Shown piece by piece: positions 1 to 12,300 of a stretch of 64,000 nt of DNA. The notes below the pieces were generated by a model, which was not told where the DNA came from, did not search any database, and saw nothing but the letters and a program-made list of their open reading frames with translations. Positions within the stretch are counted from its first letter, which is position 1; each line of letters opens with the position of its first letter. The position numbers were made by a program, and so were the translations under genes. The DNA is from Mytilus californianus (lineage: Eukaryota). The stretch spans positions 125,550,001 through 125,614,000 of the forward strand of contig NW_026262581.1 in NCBI RefSeq assembly GCF_021869535.1, given 5' to 3'.

Positions 1-2943
1 GAAGTTTCTGCACAAGAAGCAATATATCTGCTGCTCCAACTTCCTTTGACACAGAGTTCTAGAGATGTCATTTTCATTAACACCTCTACACCAGAGAAGC
101 GTATTGGTATTTGAAGCCAGCATCTGTGCTCAAAACACTCCCTGATGAATCTACAGAAGTAATTTGTGCTGGACTCCTTGATAGGTACTCAGAACGTCCA
201 CCTTCGATGGAAAATATTATAATGTCACAATTTGCATCTTCTTTTGAAAAACAAGTTGACAGGAAAAATGGTATCTCTGACACAGTTGATCAAATAGATG
301 GAGTAGACAATAATGTGGAGGAGATAGTTGCAGGTATGAAAATTCATTTGCCTGATGGAAGTTGGCTGGTCAAGAGAAGGGTCCCAAAGGTAATACGTTC
401 AGTGAGATATAGTCTTAAAAAAGATCCAGAGTTATACTATCGAGAGCAATTAACGCTCTTTTTTCCATGGAGAGAGGAAAATGCTCTCACAGGACAAAGT
501 ACCACTTATGAAGATGAGTTTAAAATACATGAAGCTCACATTATTTCATTTAAGGCGATGTTTGACGCCTTTACCTCAGATGAAAGCATTGAAGAAATTT
601 TCGAAGATGCCAACCAACAGATAGTCAATGATGAAATAGATGATATTGCTCCAAATGCAAGACAAACAGAGGATGATTCAGAACAGCTCAGACAAGACAT
701 GGAATCTATACTCCAGCCTGCAGATAGTTCCTGTACACATTATGACATAGGACAAGATATTGGGTGCTCTAATAGTGCAAAAAAGCCACTGAAATTGTTA
801 TAGCAAATAAGCTATCAGACCAAGAATATTTGGAACTAGTTCGTTCTTTAAATCCAGAGCAAAAATGTTTCTTTTACTACATTCTGAATACAACTAAAAC
901 AAATGATGAACCCTATTATGTTTTCTTATCCGGTGGTGCAGGGGTGGGTAAAAGTCATGTGTTGAAAGCTATTTATCAAGCCTTATTGCGATATTTTGAC
1001 ACTGCAGGTGAAAATCCAGATGAGATAAAGGTAGTTATAGGAGCGCCAACAGGCAAAGCTGCATACAACATTAAAGGTAATACGCTGCATTCGATTTTCC
1101 ACATTCCTGCTAGCCAGTCTTTGAAAACTTATATACCATTAGACCACAGCACTTTGAACACTCTGAGATGTCATTTTGCTAAGTTAAAAGTCCTTATTAT
1201 AGATGAGGTGTCCATGGTTGGCATTCAAATGTTTAATTTCCTAAGTAACCGACTCCAAGATATCTTTGGATCAAAAGAGCCCTTTGGTGGTATATCACTG
1301 CTTTTAGTTGGTGATCTTTTTCAGTTACGCCCTGTTCTAGATCAGTGGATTTTTTCATTGTCAACAGCAGATTATGGACAACTAGCAACTAATTTTTGGC
1401 AAGATTTGGTTACATTTTATGAACTGAAGACTGTTATGCGTCAGAGAGATGATGCTCAATTTGCACATATACTCAATAGAGTCCGAGAAGGGATACAAAC
1501 AGAAAATGACATTCTCACATTATCCACAAGACTTGTTTCATCACCTAGGGAATCTAATATAGACAATTACATACATTTGTTCAGTTCTAATGCACTTGTT
1601 GATGAGCACAATGTATATTCATTATCAAAGATAGAGGGTCATTTATATGTTGCTCAGGCCTCTGATTATGTAATTGGAGATGTAACAACAAATGTCAGAG
1701 ACTCTATATTAAACATATCTAAGACTCTTCAACCACAAAAAACTCAAAACTTGCTCTCAGAATTACCTTTGAAAGTTTCTGCAAACTACATGATGATTCA
1801 AAATGTAGATATAAAAGATGGTCTAACCAATGGAGCTTCCTGCCAACTTGTGCATATTGACATATCAAACAATAAACCGATACTTTTGTGGGTTGTTTTT
1901 CTGGACAAAGACATTGGTGCGACACAAAGGAAAAAAAGCAAATCACTATACAAAGGACTATTAGTCCTAATTGGACACCAATACATTTCATAACCAGACA
2001 ATTTCAAGTAGGAAAATACAAAAATGTTCAAATCGTTCGCAAACAGTTCCCATTGAAACCAGCTGCAGCATCAACAGTACACAAATGTCAAGGAATTTCA
2101 CTTTCTAATGCTGCTGTTTCCTTCAAAGGACGCATCCAAAGTCACATGGTATGTGTGGCATTAAGTCGAGTTACCTCACTACAGGGTCTCCATCTTCTCG
2201 ACTTCAACAAGGACAAGATCACAATTGACAAGAATGTCAAAATTGAGATATCCCGACTTAGAAATGAGAAACAGATTGTTTACAGTCAATTGCCACTTGC
2301 AAAGCCAAAACTTGCTATCTTATGCCATAATGCAAGATCATTACACAAACACATAGACGACTATAGAAATGATGATCGTATATATCAGAATGATGTAATA
2401 TTTATACAAGAAACTTGGGCTAAAAAGTCAGATTCATTAGATCATTATATGCTGAATGGTTTTAATCTCATTGACTTTTACCCACATGCAATACATTTAC
2501 ACAGACCTCATTGTGGCATCTTTGCATATGTAAAAGAAGGACTACAGGTTGATTCAATAGAATTCATTGAGGAAGAAGGGATAGAGGGAATACAGTTGAT
2601 AGTGTCATTATCTGAAAAACACTATTGTCTGACATCAATATACTGTCATCCATCAACCAATGTGGACAGCATTTGTGATACAATACATTCTGTTGTGACA
2701 CCCAATCATTACACAGTTCTTCTTGGAGATATCAATATTGACCAATTCAAACAAACTACGCAGTTGAAAAAACTTCAGAGTACTATGCATGCACTTAATT
2801 TAGGCCAAGCTCATATCGATGAAACCACAGACAATCATTCTTCCATTGACCATGCCTATATTACAAGACAACAACAGTTTGAAAGTGGGAGCCTAGAAAG
2901 TTATTGGAGTGACCACAAGATACTATGGTTTCATATTTTATAA
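1..2943 (+). pseudogene. Rep-Helicase-Endonuclease polyprotein with three -1 frameshifts (near 110, 783 and 1955)
   Basis: Frame 1 from base 1 reads EVSAQEAIYLLLQLPL..SSRDVIFINTS. It continues through ORF 111-803 (YYREQLTLFFPWR), ORF 830-1993 (Walker A GGAGVGKS, APTGKAA, IIDEVSMV, GDLFQLRPV, MRQ) and ORF 1888-2943 (QFPLKPAAASTVHKCQG, VALSRV, then EEP motifs NARSL, QETW, GDINID, DHAY, SDHK). Confidence 0.85.
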
Positions 2944-3409
2944 GGTTTAAGTCTCATAAACGTATCTCTTCCTTGTTTGACTTCATGATTTCTGCCTACC
3001 CACCCCTGCTGAACAAACGTGTGTGTACTTATATGCTCTCTAATATTTCAAAATGATGTCACTTATGATAACTAGATGGTCAAACAGGTCAAGCTTGATT
3101 TTTGCCTTTCCATTTGAAAACCATACAATTCATTCATTTGTTTTTTTAGATATTTTCAAAATCCTAGGTAGGTGGACTTAGTAATTTTTTTTTACTTTAT
3201 GCATTAAGGGCACACAGTTTGTCCTGCTAGAGGGTCATTTTCTATCTAGTTTATATGTTGTTATTGTTGACAACATGGAAGTCAAGTTTGATATTGATGA
3301 TCATAAATTTTACCTATTAGGAGTTTTGGTCCTTGTGATATTGATTAATGCCAGAACACAAATAAATGTTAAAGAATCCGGTTTACTGTCATTTTGACAG
3401 CTCTTGTTT
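1..3409 (+). mobile_element. Autonomous-type Helentron (endonuclease-carrying Helitron), 3' portion; 5' part lies outside the window
   Basis: Rep C-terminal region, PIF1 helicase and EEP endonuclease coding (1-2943). The 3' end has hairpin CTGTC-ATTTT-GACAG (3386-3400) followed by CTCTTGTTT (3401-3409), the same terminus type seen on non-autonomous Helentrons in this window. Confidence 0.85.
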
Positions 3410-3524
3410 ATTGTAATATTCTATACAAAGCACAAAAATGTCGTCATTCACCTCAAAAACTACCCAAACCTTTACACAGACTTATTTTAAGTAGGGATAT
3501 AGTTACAATACTGTTGTCAAACAT

Positions 3525-3829
3525 GTTTAACCCCGCCACATTCTTTATGTGCCTGTCCCAAGTCAGGAGCCTGTAGTTCAGTGGTTGTCGTTGTTTCATG
3601 TCTACCATATTTGTTTTTCGTTAATTCATTTGTTATAAATTAGGCTGTTTGTTTTCTCAATTGAATTGTTTCATATTTTTCATGTCGGGGCCTTTTATAG
3701 CCGACTATACGGTATGGGTTTTTCTCATTGTTGAAGGCCGTACGGTTGCCTATAATTGCTTACATCCATTTTATTTAAACTTTCATGGATAGTTGTCTCA
3801 TTGGCAATCATACCACATCTCCTTATTTT
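3525..3829 (+). mobile_element. Abundant SINE-like retroposon, family A (3' end ...GTTGTCTCATTGGCAATCATACCACATCT + T-rich tail)
   Basis: Related copies or fragments at about 10582-10754 (+), 18003-18115 (-), 27834-27965 (+), 34370-34620 (+), 34743-34910 (-), 58065-58290 (-), 59280-59440 (-) and 61070-61310 (+). Boundaries approximate. Confidence 0.75.
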
Positions 3830-5536
3830 GTTTAATAAAACTCTATACCAACAGTATATAACAAACGATAAAATGTGGGTATAATTACGACAATACTACA
3901 ACGCCAAACAAGGCAGTCAGCTCAAAGAACGCAATCTACTGATAAAAAATATATGCCTAATATTGGCCGTTGTACTTCCGATACGATTTTATACAGCAAC
4001 ATCATGAACAGTACAGAAAGAAAATATGTGCTACTTACCCACAACAAAAGATTTGAAAAATTGTTGTTCTACTTGTTTCCTTGTTTACAATCAAACGGTG
4101 TGAAATTTCCCTAAAATTTAGAAAGTAACAAGACCATGCATCCCTGTTGTCAACATTCATTTATTAATGAAGATATTCATTTCCGTCACTAAAATATCTA
4201 CAATATATTAGAACGCTATCTGTGAGTATTTAATCTTCGTTTCTTAGTCATTTTAAAGAAAACCTAAGATGGTTCTCGAGTCGGTCGAAAGAACACGACC
4301 AAATGCATACTTTTATGTCCACAAATTGTTTTATGTTAATGATTCTTTTTGTAGATAGCATGTTACTGTGAGAATAAAGTCATAAACATAGCTAATGCTA
4401 TCGTCCTCTGTATCATCCTCATATATCATATAATTGCTCTCTATGCTGTGACGAAAAATAGGAAAAAGTTCCGAAGAGCTTGGTTTGTAACTGAGGTATG
4501 TAGATTTTCAGATAGATTGAACACTTAATAAAGACTTCTTTTTTATGTGTTAATGAACTCGACACAATATTTGTCCAACCTAAATCTGTCTTCAATACCA
4601 GACATTTTAATCTAACTAAACAGTTAACACAAAAATGAAGAATATAAGTTATGAAAAACATTTCGTTTTTCCAAAAATTTGTCTTTGCTAGAAATTGCGT
4701 CTGTCTCTAGAAACACGGTTGTCCTCGTGTATTTGATGCTTGAACATGACTGACGGCAAAAATTACCAAGTAGTTATTCTTTTTTTCGTTAGAAATAGAA
4801 GGCCAGTGATCTGCAAAACGATCTCTCCTATGTCTGTTTTTTTCTGCAGTGTTAACACGGTCACTACGTTTGCATATGACAACACATATACAAATGTTGG
4901 AGTGAAGACAGTTTCACCGTTACTGAAAGTTTAATCATTGTCAAATCCTTTGACTAAAGCAGTTTCTTCTGTGTTGCATCTAAACCCTTTTCAGCGTCTA
5001 GTTCCCCTAGAGATAGCTTTAATTTGCCATACGATAACCGTTAACAAAATGTTGTGGACCGATTTGGAATATGTTTGTAGTTTTTAGGGGGTATATCGCT
5101 TTCAAACATACTGGTTTATTTTTATCAATAGTACCGCTTAAGTCGACGCTAGGGGCCGTCCTGACCTTATTGTAGGGTATGAACGATTCGTTCATTGTTG
5201 AAGACCCTACATCAACTGTCAAGATGAAGAACAGGAATAAAAGCCCTGTTCATTGATAATTTTTTATTTTTTCTAAGTGTTGTGTGCGATTTTGTCCCAT
5301 GAACATTTACTCCATACCCTTTTATTTTCTATAATACATTTCAATTAAATATTTGTTAATACTATATTTTCAGACATCGGTAGCGAAGTACATGCGATAA
5401 CAAAATTGTTTTCGTTGATGTTTTTAATTTATATCGCCAATGCTTTAGGCTTACTTTTGTTTCAGACGTCAGCAGAGAAATACATGGGATTACAAAACTA
5501 TTTCGTGGACGTGTCTATAGACAATGCTCTAGAACT

Positions 5537-6427
5537 TCATTTTGTGAACAATGGCCAAAGACAGAAAATTATTACAATGTTGTCTAACAAACAAGGTAAT
5601 GTACTATTAATATAAAAATAAAAAGATGTGGTATGATTGCCAATGAGACAACTATCCACCAGAGACCAAGGAGATGTGGTATGATTGCCAATGAGACAAC
5701 TATCCACCAGAGACCAAGGAGATGTAGTATGATTGCCTATGAGACAACTATCCACTAGAGACCAAGGAGATGTGGTATGATTGCCAATGAGACAACTATC
5801 CACTAGAGACCAAGGAGATGTGGTATGATTGCCAATGAGACAACTATCCACTAGAGACCAAGGAGATGTGGTATGATTGCCAATGAGACAACTATCCACT
5901 AGAGACCAAGGAGATGTGGTATGATTGCCAATGAGACAACTATCCACTAGAGACCAAGGAGATGTGGTATGATTGCCAATGAGACAACTATCCACTAGAG
6001 ACCAAGGAGATGTGGTATGATTGCCAATGAGACAACTATCCACTAGAGACCATGGAGATGTGGTATGATTGCCAATGAGACAACTATCCACTAGAGACCA
6101 AGGAGATGTGGTATGATTGCCAATGAGACAACTATCCACCAGAGACCAAGGAGATGTGGTATGATTGCCAATGAGACAACTATCCACTAGAGACCAAGGA
6201 GATGTGGTGTGATTGCCAATGAGACAACTATCCACTAGAGACCAAGGAGATGTGGTATGATTGCCTATGAGACAACTATCCACTAGAGACCAAGGAGATG
6301 TGGTATGATTGCCAATGAGACAACTATCCACCAGAGACCAAGGAGATGTGGTATGATTGCCAATGAGACAACTATCCACCAGAGACCAATTGACATAGAT
6401 GTTAGCAACGTTCATGCCAGTTGTCAT
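5537..6427 (-). CDS. Candidate 296-aa repeat protein, (WSLVDSCLIGNHTTSP)x16 with a hydrophobic C-terminal tail; expression unproven
   Basis: True ATG at 6427 with a second in-frame ATG. This is the only one of six frames open across the array, and all unit variants are synonymous in it. Confidence 0.3.
   Translation of the reverse strand: MTTGMNVANIYVNWSLVDSCLIGNHTTSPWSLVDSCLIGNHTTSPWSLVDSCLIGNHTTSPWSLVDSCLIGNHTTSPWSLVDSCLIGNHTTSPWSLVDSCLIGNHTTSPWSLVDSCLIGNHTTSPWSLVDSCLIGNHTTSPWSLVDSCLIGNHTTSPWSLVDSCLIGNHTTSPWSLVDSCLIGNHTTSPWSLVDSCLIGNHTTSPWSLVDSCLIGNHTTSPWSLVDSCLIGNHTTSPWSLVDSCLIGNHTTSPWSLVDSCLIGNHTTSFYFYINSTLPCLLDNIVIIFCLWPLFTK
5624..6389. repeat. 16 tandem copies of a 48-bp unit derived from the family A 3' end
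   Basis: Unit AGATGTGGTATGATTGCCAATGAGACAACTATCCACYAGAGACCAAGG starts at 5624 and recurs every 48 bp; copy 16 starts at 6344. Only five positions in the unit vary. Confidence 0.97.
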
Positions 6428-9230
6428 TGGTTTTGAAGCGATTGTTATTTCATTCTAATGACTCAGTATGAAAATATAACAGATTCTTGTCCAAACGGTT
6501 TCTTATAAAAGGCAATGCATAGTCAAAATGGTTTTTATGTAAATGATATTTGAAGCTTGAAGTGTTTGCTTTTGAACTGTAAAATGTCAGTCCCCAAAAG
6601 ATTGACATACTTTTACAGTTTCTAGTACATTAGTGGTCAACCTCCCAACTTCCATGTATCATTCAAAGTATACAAGAGCCATTTTCATATGTTTTTCTTT
6701 TGAATGATATTGCCAACAGTGGTAACAAAACAGGCACACATTACCACATTTCAGTATCTGAAATGGTTACCTATCATCTAAATAGCGGTACTCGTAGTCG
6801 GTGCTATTTCAATTTGTCAGATATTAAGAGCATAGTTCTTACAGATTGTGACTACACGTGTAAGAACCCTCCTCTTTGCAAATATGTCAGTAATACGTTA
6901 GTTTTTATCCATATTTTGCTTAGAAAAGGACATATGGAGCATCCGCCTTCTTATTGATGTAAGCGATTTTCTCCTATTTTTGTTTAAAAATTAAGAATGG
7001 GTTCGCCTTGAAAAGTTGCTTTTGAAGATTTCGAGTTTTTTTGTGTTGTCGCAAAGGAGCACTTATATAGACATTATAATATTAAATGAACGTCAATGAA
7101 AGAAAAAAAAAATACAATATAGTTTAAGTGTTAAAATGAATTAATATTCCTTGATAACATTTACGATGAGATAACTGGCGAGTCGAGAACAAAAGAAAAG
7201 TAACTCTTCAAGTACGACTAACGTCAATATTCATTAATGAAATCAGATGTTGCATGGTTAATGAGACAGCAACCCAACGACACAACTAACCAATAGATAT
7301 CTAGTCTCACTAAGAGGTCAACATACAGTTTTCAACAATTGACTTTTATCTACCATCTGTTTAAGCTTTGGTAACCACATTAGTTTAAAATGATTTCAAA
7401 ACCACAATTACAATTTTTAAATTAAAAAGCGTTATTTGAAATACAGATACCACTGCATATTTTCCTTTTATATCTATCGAGGAGATTTTATTAAATAACT
7501 TGTTACACTGATTTATTTAACATATGTTAATCCTCGTTGTATCCATACATCAATTTTTATGGTGTTACTGGTAGTCCTTATCACCATTCTACAAATTTCC
7601 AACAACTAAGTTTTTAAGCACATCGGTTCACTCGTCATCGCAGTATCCTTCAATATAAAACAAATCGACTTGTGTTCATATAAAGATTTAAAAATTATGT
7701 CTTTTTCATCTAGAAAAAAAAGAGTATCCATTGAAAGATTTTGACTGTATTTTGAACAGTCAGAAATATGTATGACAGTTGTTTTCCATTCGTTTAATGT
7801 ATTTGAGCTTTTGATTTTGCAATTTGATAAGGGACTTTCCATTTTGAATTTTCCTTGGAGTTCGGTATTTTTATTTTTTTACTTTTGAACATCTGTGAGA
7901 CCAATCAATTATTGTACTGTATTTTTTTCAGTGCGCAGTATGCTGCTAATGTTATGTACGAAATCCTACTGGAGAAGCCGAGTTGTAGACCCAATCATAT
8001 GCTTGTCTGTGACGTCATGTATATGTTTAATTGGAATGTTTGTACAAATTATTACATTGAGAGTTTTGGGAACGTAGCTTGACTTGAGTTCGCTATAGAT
8101 TATAAACCAATACTGAGTAATAAATTTCATGCAGAACTGAAATATATATACAAGGCTTAAACCAACAAAAACTCTGTCATCACCTTTGTGATCGATACAA
8201 ATATTGCATGGCCTTTGACACTTGCATGATCTGGTATGCTTCATTTTACATTATTTATTTTTGTAAACGAATTGATACACTGGTTTCAAATGTCAAATGA
8301 TATTTGTAACTTTATTTAGTAACGTTAATATGTTGAAATTACAGAATGATATTTGCTAGAATAGAAATGCACATATTTGTTCACTTGATAGTCAACAAAC
8401 AACTTGATGTCCGTTTAACACAAAGTTTATTCTGTGCAGTATTATATTTCTCCAGAACTGGTTAATAATTGTATAGTGGTAGTGTATCGAAGAACCACTG
8501 ACAGTATAATATTGGTCAAACGCAAATCAATTAATATGAAGTGTTTAGAATTCTGAAATAAAACGCCCAAAACAATCTTGCCAAATTTTACCGGTGTTTC
8601 AAATTATTTACCATTCAGCTAGCATCATCTGCCTTTTTTTATGTTTAAAGTATAACTTAACATTTTAGGAGTATTATATGATGTTAATCACACTATGTTT
8701 GATTGTAGCTATTATTATGCCAAGCATACTTTTGTAATTTAACCTGTATATAATGGTTGTAATCTGTATGTAAGGATGACTAGACTATTTAACGTCCAGT
8801 GGCACATATTGTATACTTATTAAGAACGAGAAGATGTTATAAACTTTCGTGGTACTTGACCTAAAGCCTTAGTCGTGTTTTACGTACTAGTTCACTAGGT
8901 TAGATCAGGTTATAGTTCACAGCCCTTCGAATTCGTGCATTCAAGGCACTTATACAACAATACCATCGAGGTGATTCAATACATAAGTTTAGGAAACTTG
9001 TGTCTGATCCTTTTTGAGCAAGTAAAGTCAATTATCTTTATGGTGATTTTACTTGATGTTGTCCGATATTGAGGGAAATTTGGATTTTGCCATTTGATAA
9101 AGGACTTTCCGTTTTGAATTTTCCTTGGAGTTCGGTATTTTTGTTATTTTACTTTTTATTTTGGTACGTGATTCGGTTTCATTCAGTTTAACTTGGCACT
9201 TTATTTGGCATATTAACTTTTTTGATTCGA

Positions 9231-9274
9231 GCGTCACTGATGAGTCTTTTGTAGACAAAACACACGTCATGCGT
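9231..9274 (+). ncRNA. Degenerate minimal type I hammerhead ribozyme motif
   Basis: gcgtca-CTGATGA-gtct(tttgt)agac-AAAA-c(acac)g-TC-atgcgt. The core GAAA has become AAAA and the stem I 3' strand is damaged. Confidence 0.65.
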
Positions 9275-9312
9275 ACACAATTATAAGCCTTGTAACTTTG
9301 ATGATTTTTTTT

Positions 9313-9375
9313 ATCTATGTGTAATATATCTATGTGTAATATATCTATGTGTAATATATCTATGTGTAATATATC
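9313..9375. repeat. 15-bp minisatellite x4 (ATCTATGTGTAATAT)
   Basis: Four exact copies immediately 3' of the hammerhead-bearing repeat. Confidence 0.9.
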
Positions 9376-12300
9376 GAACAACGTGACTAAAAACATTAAC
9401 GTTAGGTTTTTCTACAACTGTTATTGTACAGTAGTCCATGTTTACACTTATTTTAAACAGAATTGTGTTATCTTATTTTTGAAAATAGTTTGTCATATCT
9501 TTATTATATTTATAATTTTTCAGTTCAACTGATTGATAGAAAGACAAATTTCATATGTGATAATGTATTCATCTTTTAAAAGACATTTTTATGTACGTTA
9601 TTTTTTTATCATTGTATATCACGTCGATGCAGTTGAACAATATAAATGATTTGTTATAAACCAAAGACAGCTATGTTATTCTGTATGCATGTGGCATGTT
9701 ACTTACATACTCTGTATGCTCCACGCAAATGTCATTAATACCAGTGGGAAATTTAGTGGCAAAAAATTACCTCCCCTATACAAACACTGAAAACTTGATC
9801 TCTTCAAATTTTTGCACGTTCTCCATAAGGACGATATTGATTATATATTCTCACGAAAACGTTCTGGTAAATAGTAATAATAAATTGAAATTGAAATAAA
9901 AAAAAAATGACCATATAATGTTACCATTTCCCTCTTAATATAGCAACGATGAGAAAAGCAGGCTGTAGTAGTTTTGTGTAAAAGTGGTTTGAAATGTTTC
10001 TACAAAGGCGAATAAATTGCTAGTGTACCAACCCCTCAGTTTATTTTTTCTATTCGCATTAAAATCACTGGAACATGTTAGTATTCATATATGTATGCAG
10101 CTACATCAGGGAAGTTCGGAACAACATACTCGATAATTATGCAGCTTTCGAAACGCTTTTTGACAAAACAACGGATTTTTTCACAGTTCACGCCCCGATA
10201 CTAGATCTTTAACGATCACATCGCAATACTTGATCACCGTTATTTATTCTTTCACGATCAGGTCGCAATAATTGACCACGTTACATACTCTTTTACGATA
10301 ATTTTTCTCGATATAACGAAGGGCAGGCGTATATAACAGAGACAGAAACAACTGCTTGGTAATACAGTTTCAAATGTTCTTGTATTTTGTAAAAGCTAGT
10401 TCTGCTGATAAAAATTACAATATTTGTTTATGGGAAAACGCTATGGGTCAAAGTTCAAAAGCTTTAATTATAGACGAATAGTACTATATACATAAAACAT
10501 AAGCTCTATTGGGCTTTTAGTTTTATATCATCGTATTACAAACAAAACATTAAAACATGCACGTTGAAAACAAAGCAAGCTGTTTGAATGGTTTTACACG
10601 TCATTTTTGGGGCCCTTTATAGCTTGCTGTTCGGTGTGAGCCAATGCTCGGTGTTGAAGGCCGTACTTTGACCTATAATGGTTTACTTTTACAAATTGTG
10701 ACTTGAATGGAGAGTTGTCTCATTGACACTCATACCACATCTTCTTATATCTATATAACAATCACATATGAACTACATTATCAAAGCAAATCATGACGTG
10801 AAGCATACATATTTATATATACTATAATATAATTCAATGTGATCCGGATCACATCGATAACGGAGTTGATTCCGGAAAACTAAGATATATATAAAAAAAA
10901 CAAAAAACAAAACAAAACAAAGGGACAACAAAGATATGTATGTGTAATCACAATAATTTATCAAATACATTTGTAGAACGAGTTATATTATAAATTACTA
11001 ATATTATGAAGAAGTTATATCTTACCAAATAGTGCTTCCCTTAACTATTAGTATTAGGTAAACTAACATGAGGGATCCTAAGGTAAAAGCTGTAAACTTA
11101 GTAAATTGTTACAGCAAATATGCAATAAAGATATTGTTACGTTAAATAAAAAATATATAATTCAAAGAGAGGCGAAAGATATCAAAGGGATATTCAAACT
11201 CATAAGTCAGAAACAAACTGACAATGCGATGGCAAAAAAAACGATCAAAAGACAAACAACATCATACAAAACACAACATAGAAAACTAGACTGAGCAACT
11301 CGAACCCTACCAAAAAAACAGGGGTGATCTCGGGTTCTCCAGAATGACATGAAAAAGGTCATTATGATATACTATGTAGAAGTATTTGTGATGCAGTAAT
11401 CAATCATCATTTAGAGCACATAAAATTAAAAGTTTAAAACACATGAGCAGTTCTAGCACACACTATACATTAAAGCATTAGATATTTGCAAGCATTGCAT
11501 TGACACGATCTACCATTCCAGGTAACAATAAGTTTAGAATGAATTGAAATTGTTTTCTTCTCTAAAACTCTGGTGTAGTTCATCCTAGTCTTTTGCAGCT
11601 ATGAAGCGAAAGAAATTGATTCTATAGCTTTTCGTTTTACCTTTGGCTGTTCAGCGGTATTTCTATATCTAAACGAATATATGTGATTTTTAAAATTAAA
11701 CAAATCATGTTAATATGATGGTCTCTTTGTTTGTAATTCTAAAAGTGTCTACAGCTCTTGCTCGTATTCTTCTGACTTTAAGAGATTGACATTTTCACTT
11801 ATGTATTAGATATTCATCATCTTCAAAATCAAATCTCAAGGCTCACTCTAGGATTTTTTTTTCAACTTGAGTCTGTTTTTTTTTTCACTAAAAAAATGCC
11901 ATGTGACTTGGCAGTAATCAAGATTAGACAAAATAAAAGGATAATAAATTGTGACGATCAAGTCGATTCAGATATCTACCAATACGTTTAATAAGATTGA
12001 GATGACGAGGCCTTCTTACAAATCTCAGATATATGTTTATTTTCGAAATTCAACCTCTAACCTAGTTTCAGGCGGAAACCCAGTTGAAATTAAACACAAG
12101 AAATGGAGCTCTTTGTTAGAGGTGAAAAAAGGCAAAATTGGTATATTTGAAGTGTTTACATCTGTTTCCATGGGCTTTAAAAGTTTAATAAAGATGCATA
12201 ATTTAGATTTTATGCATCTTATATATGTGTTTTTACTTGAATTATAGTATGGAGCTTCGAGATATTTGTAAACTTTTAAATTATGGACAAATTTTCATAA

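Noticed and set aside
1719-2031. Minus-strand ORFs 1719-1991 and 1798-2031
   Set aside because: Antisense shadows of the helicase coding region.
5624-6389. 48-bp array as a CRISPR array
   Set aside because: Units are contiguous with no unique spacers, there are no cas genes, and the unit derives from a dispersed eukaryotic retroposon end.
9049-9396. ORF with HIDIL repeats
   Set aside because: Translation of a 15-bp minisatellite plus repeat fragments; only four units and no splice context.
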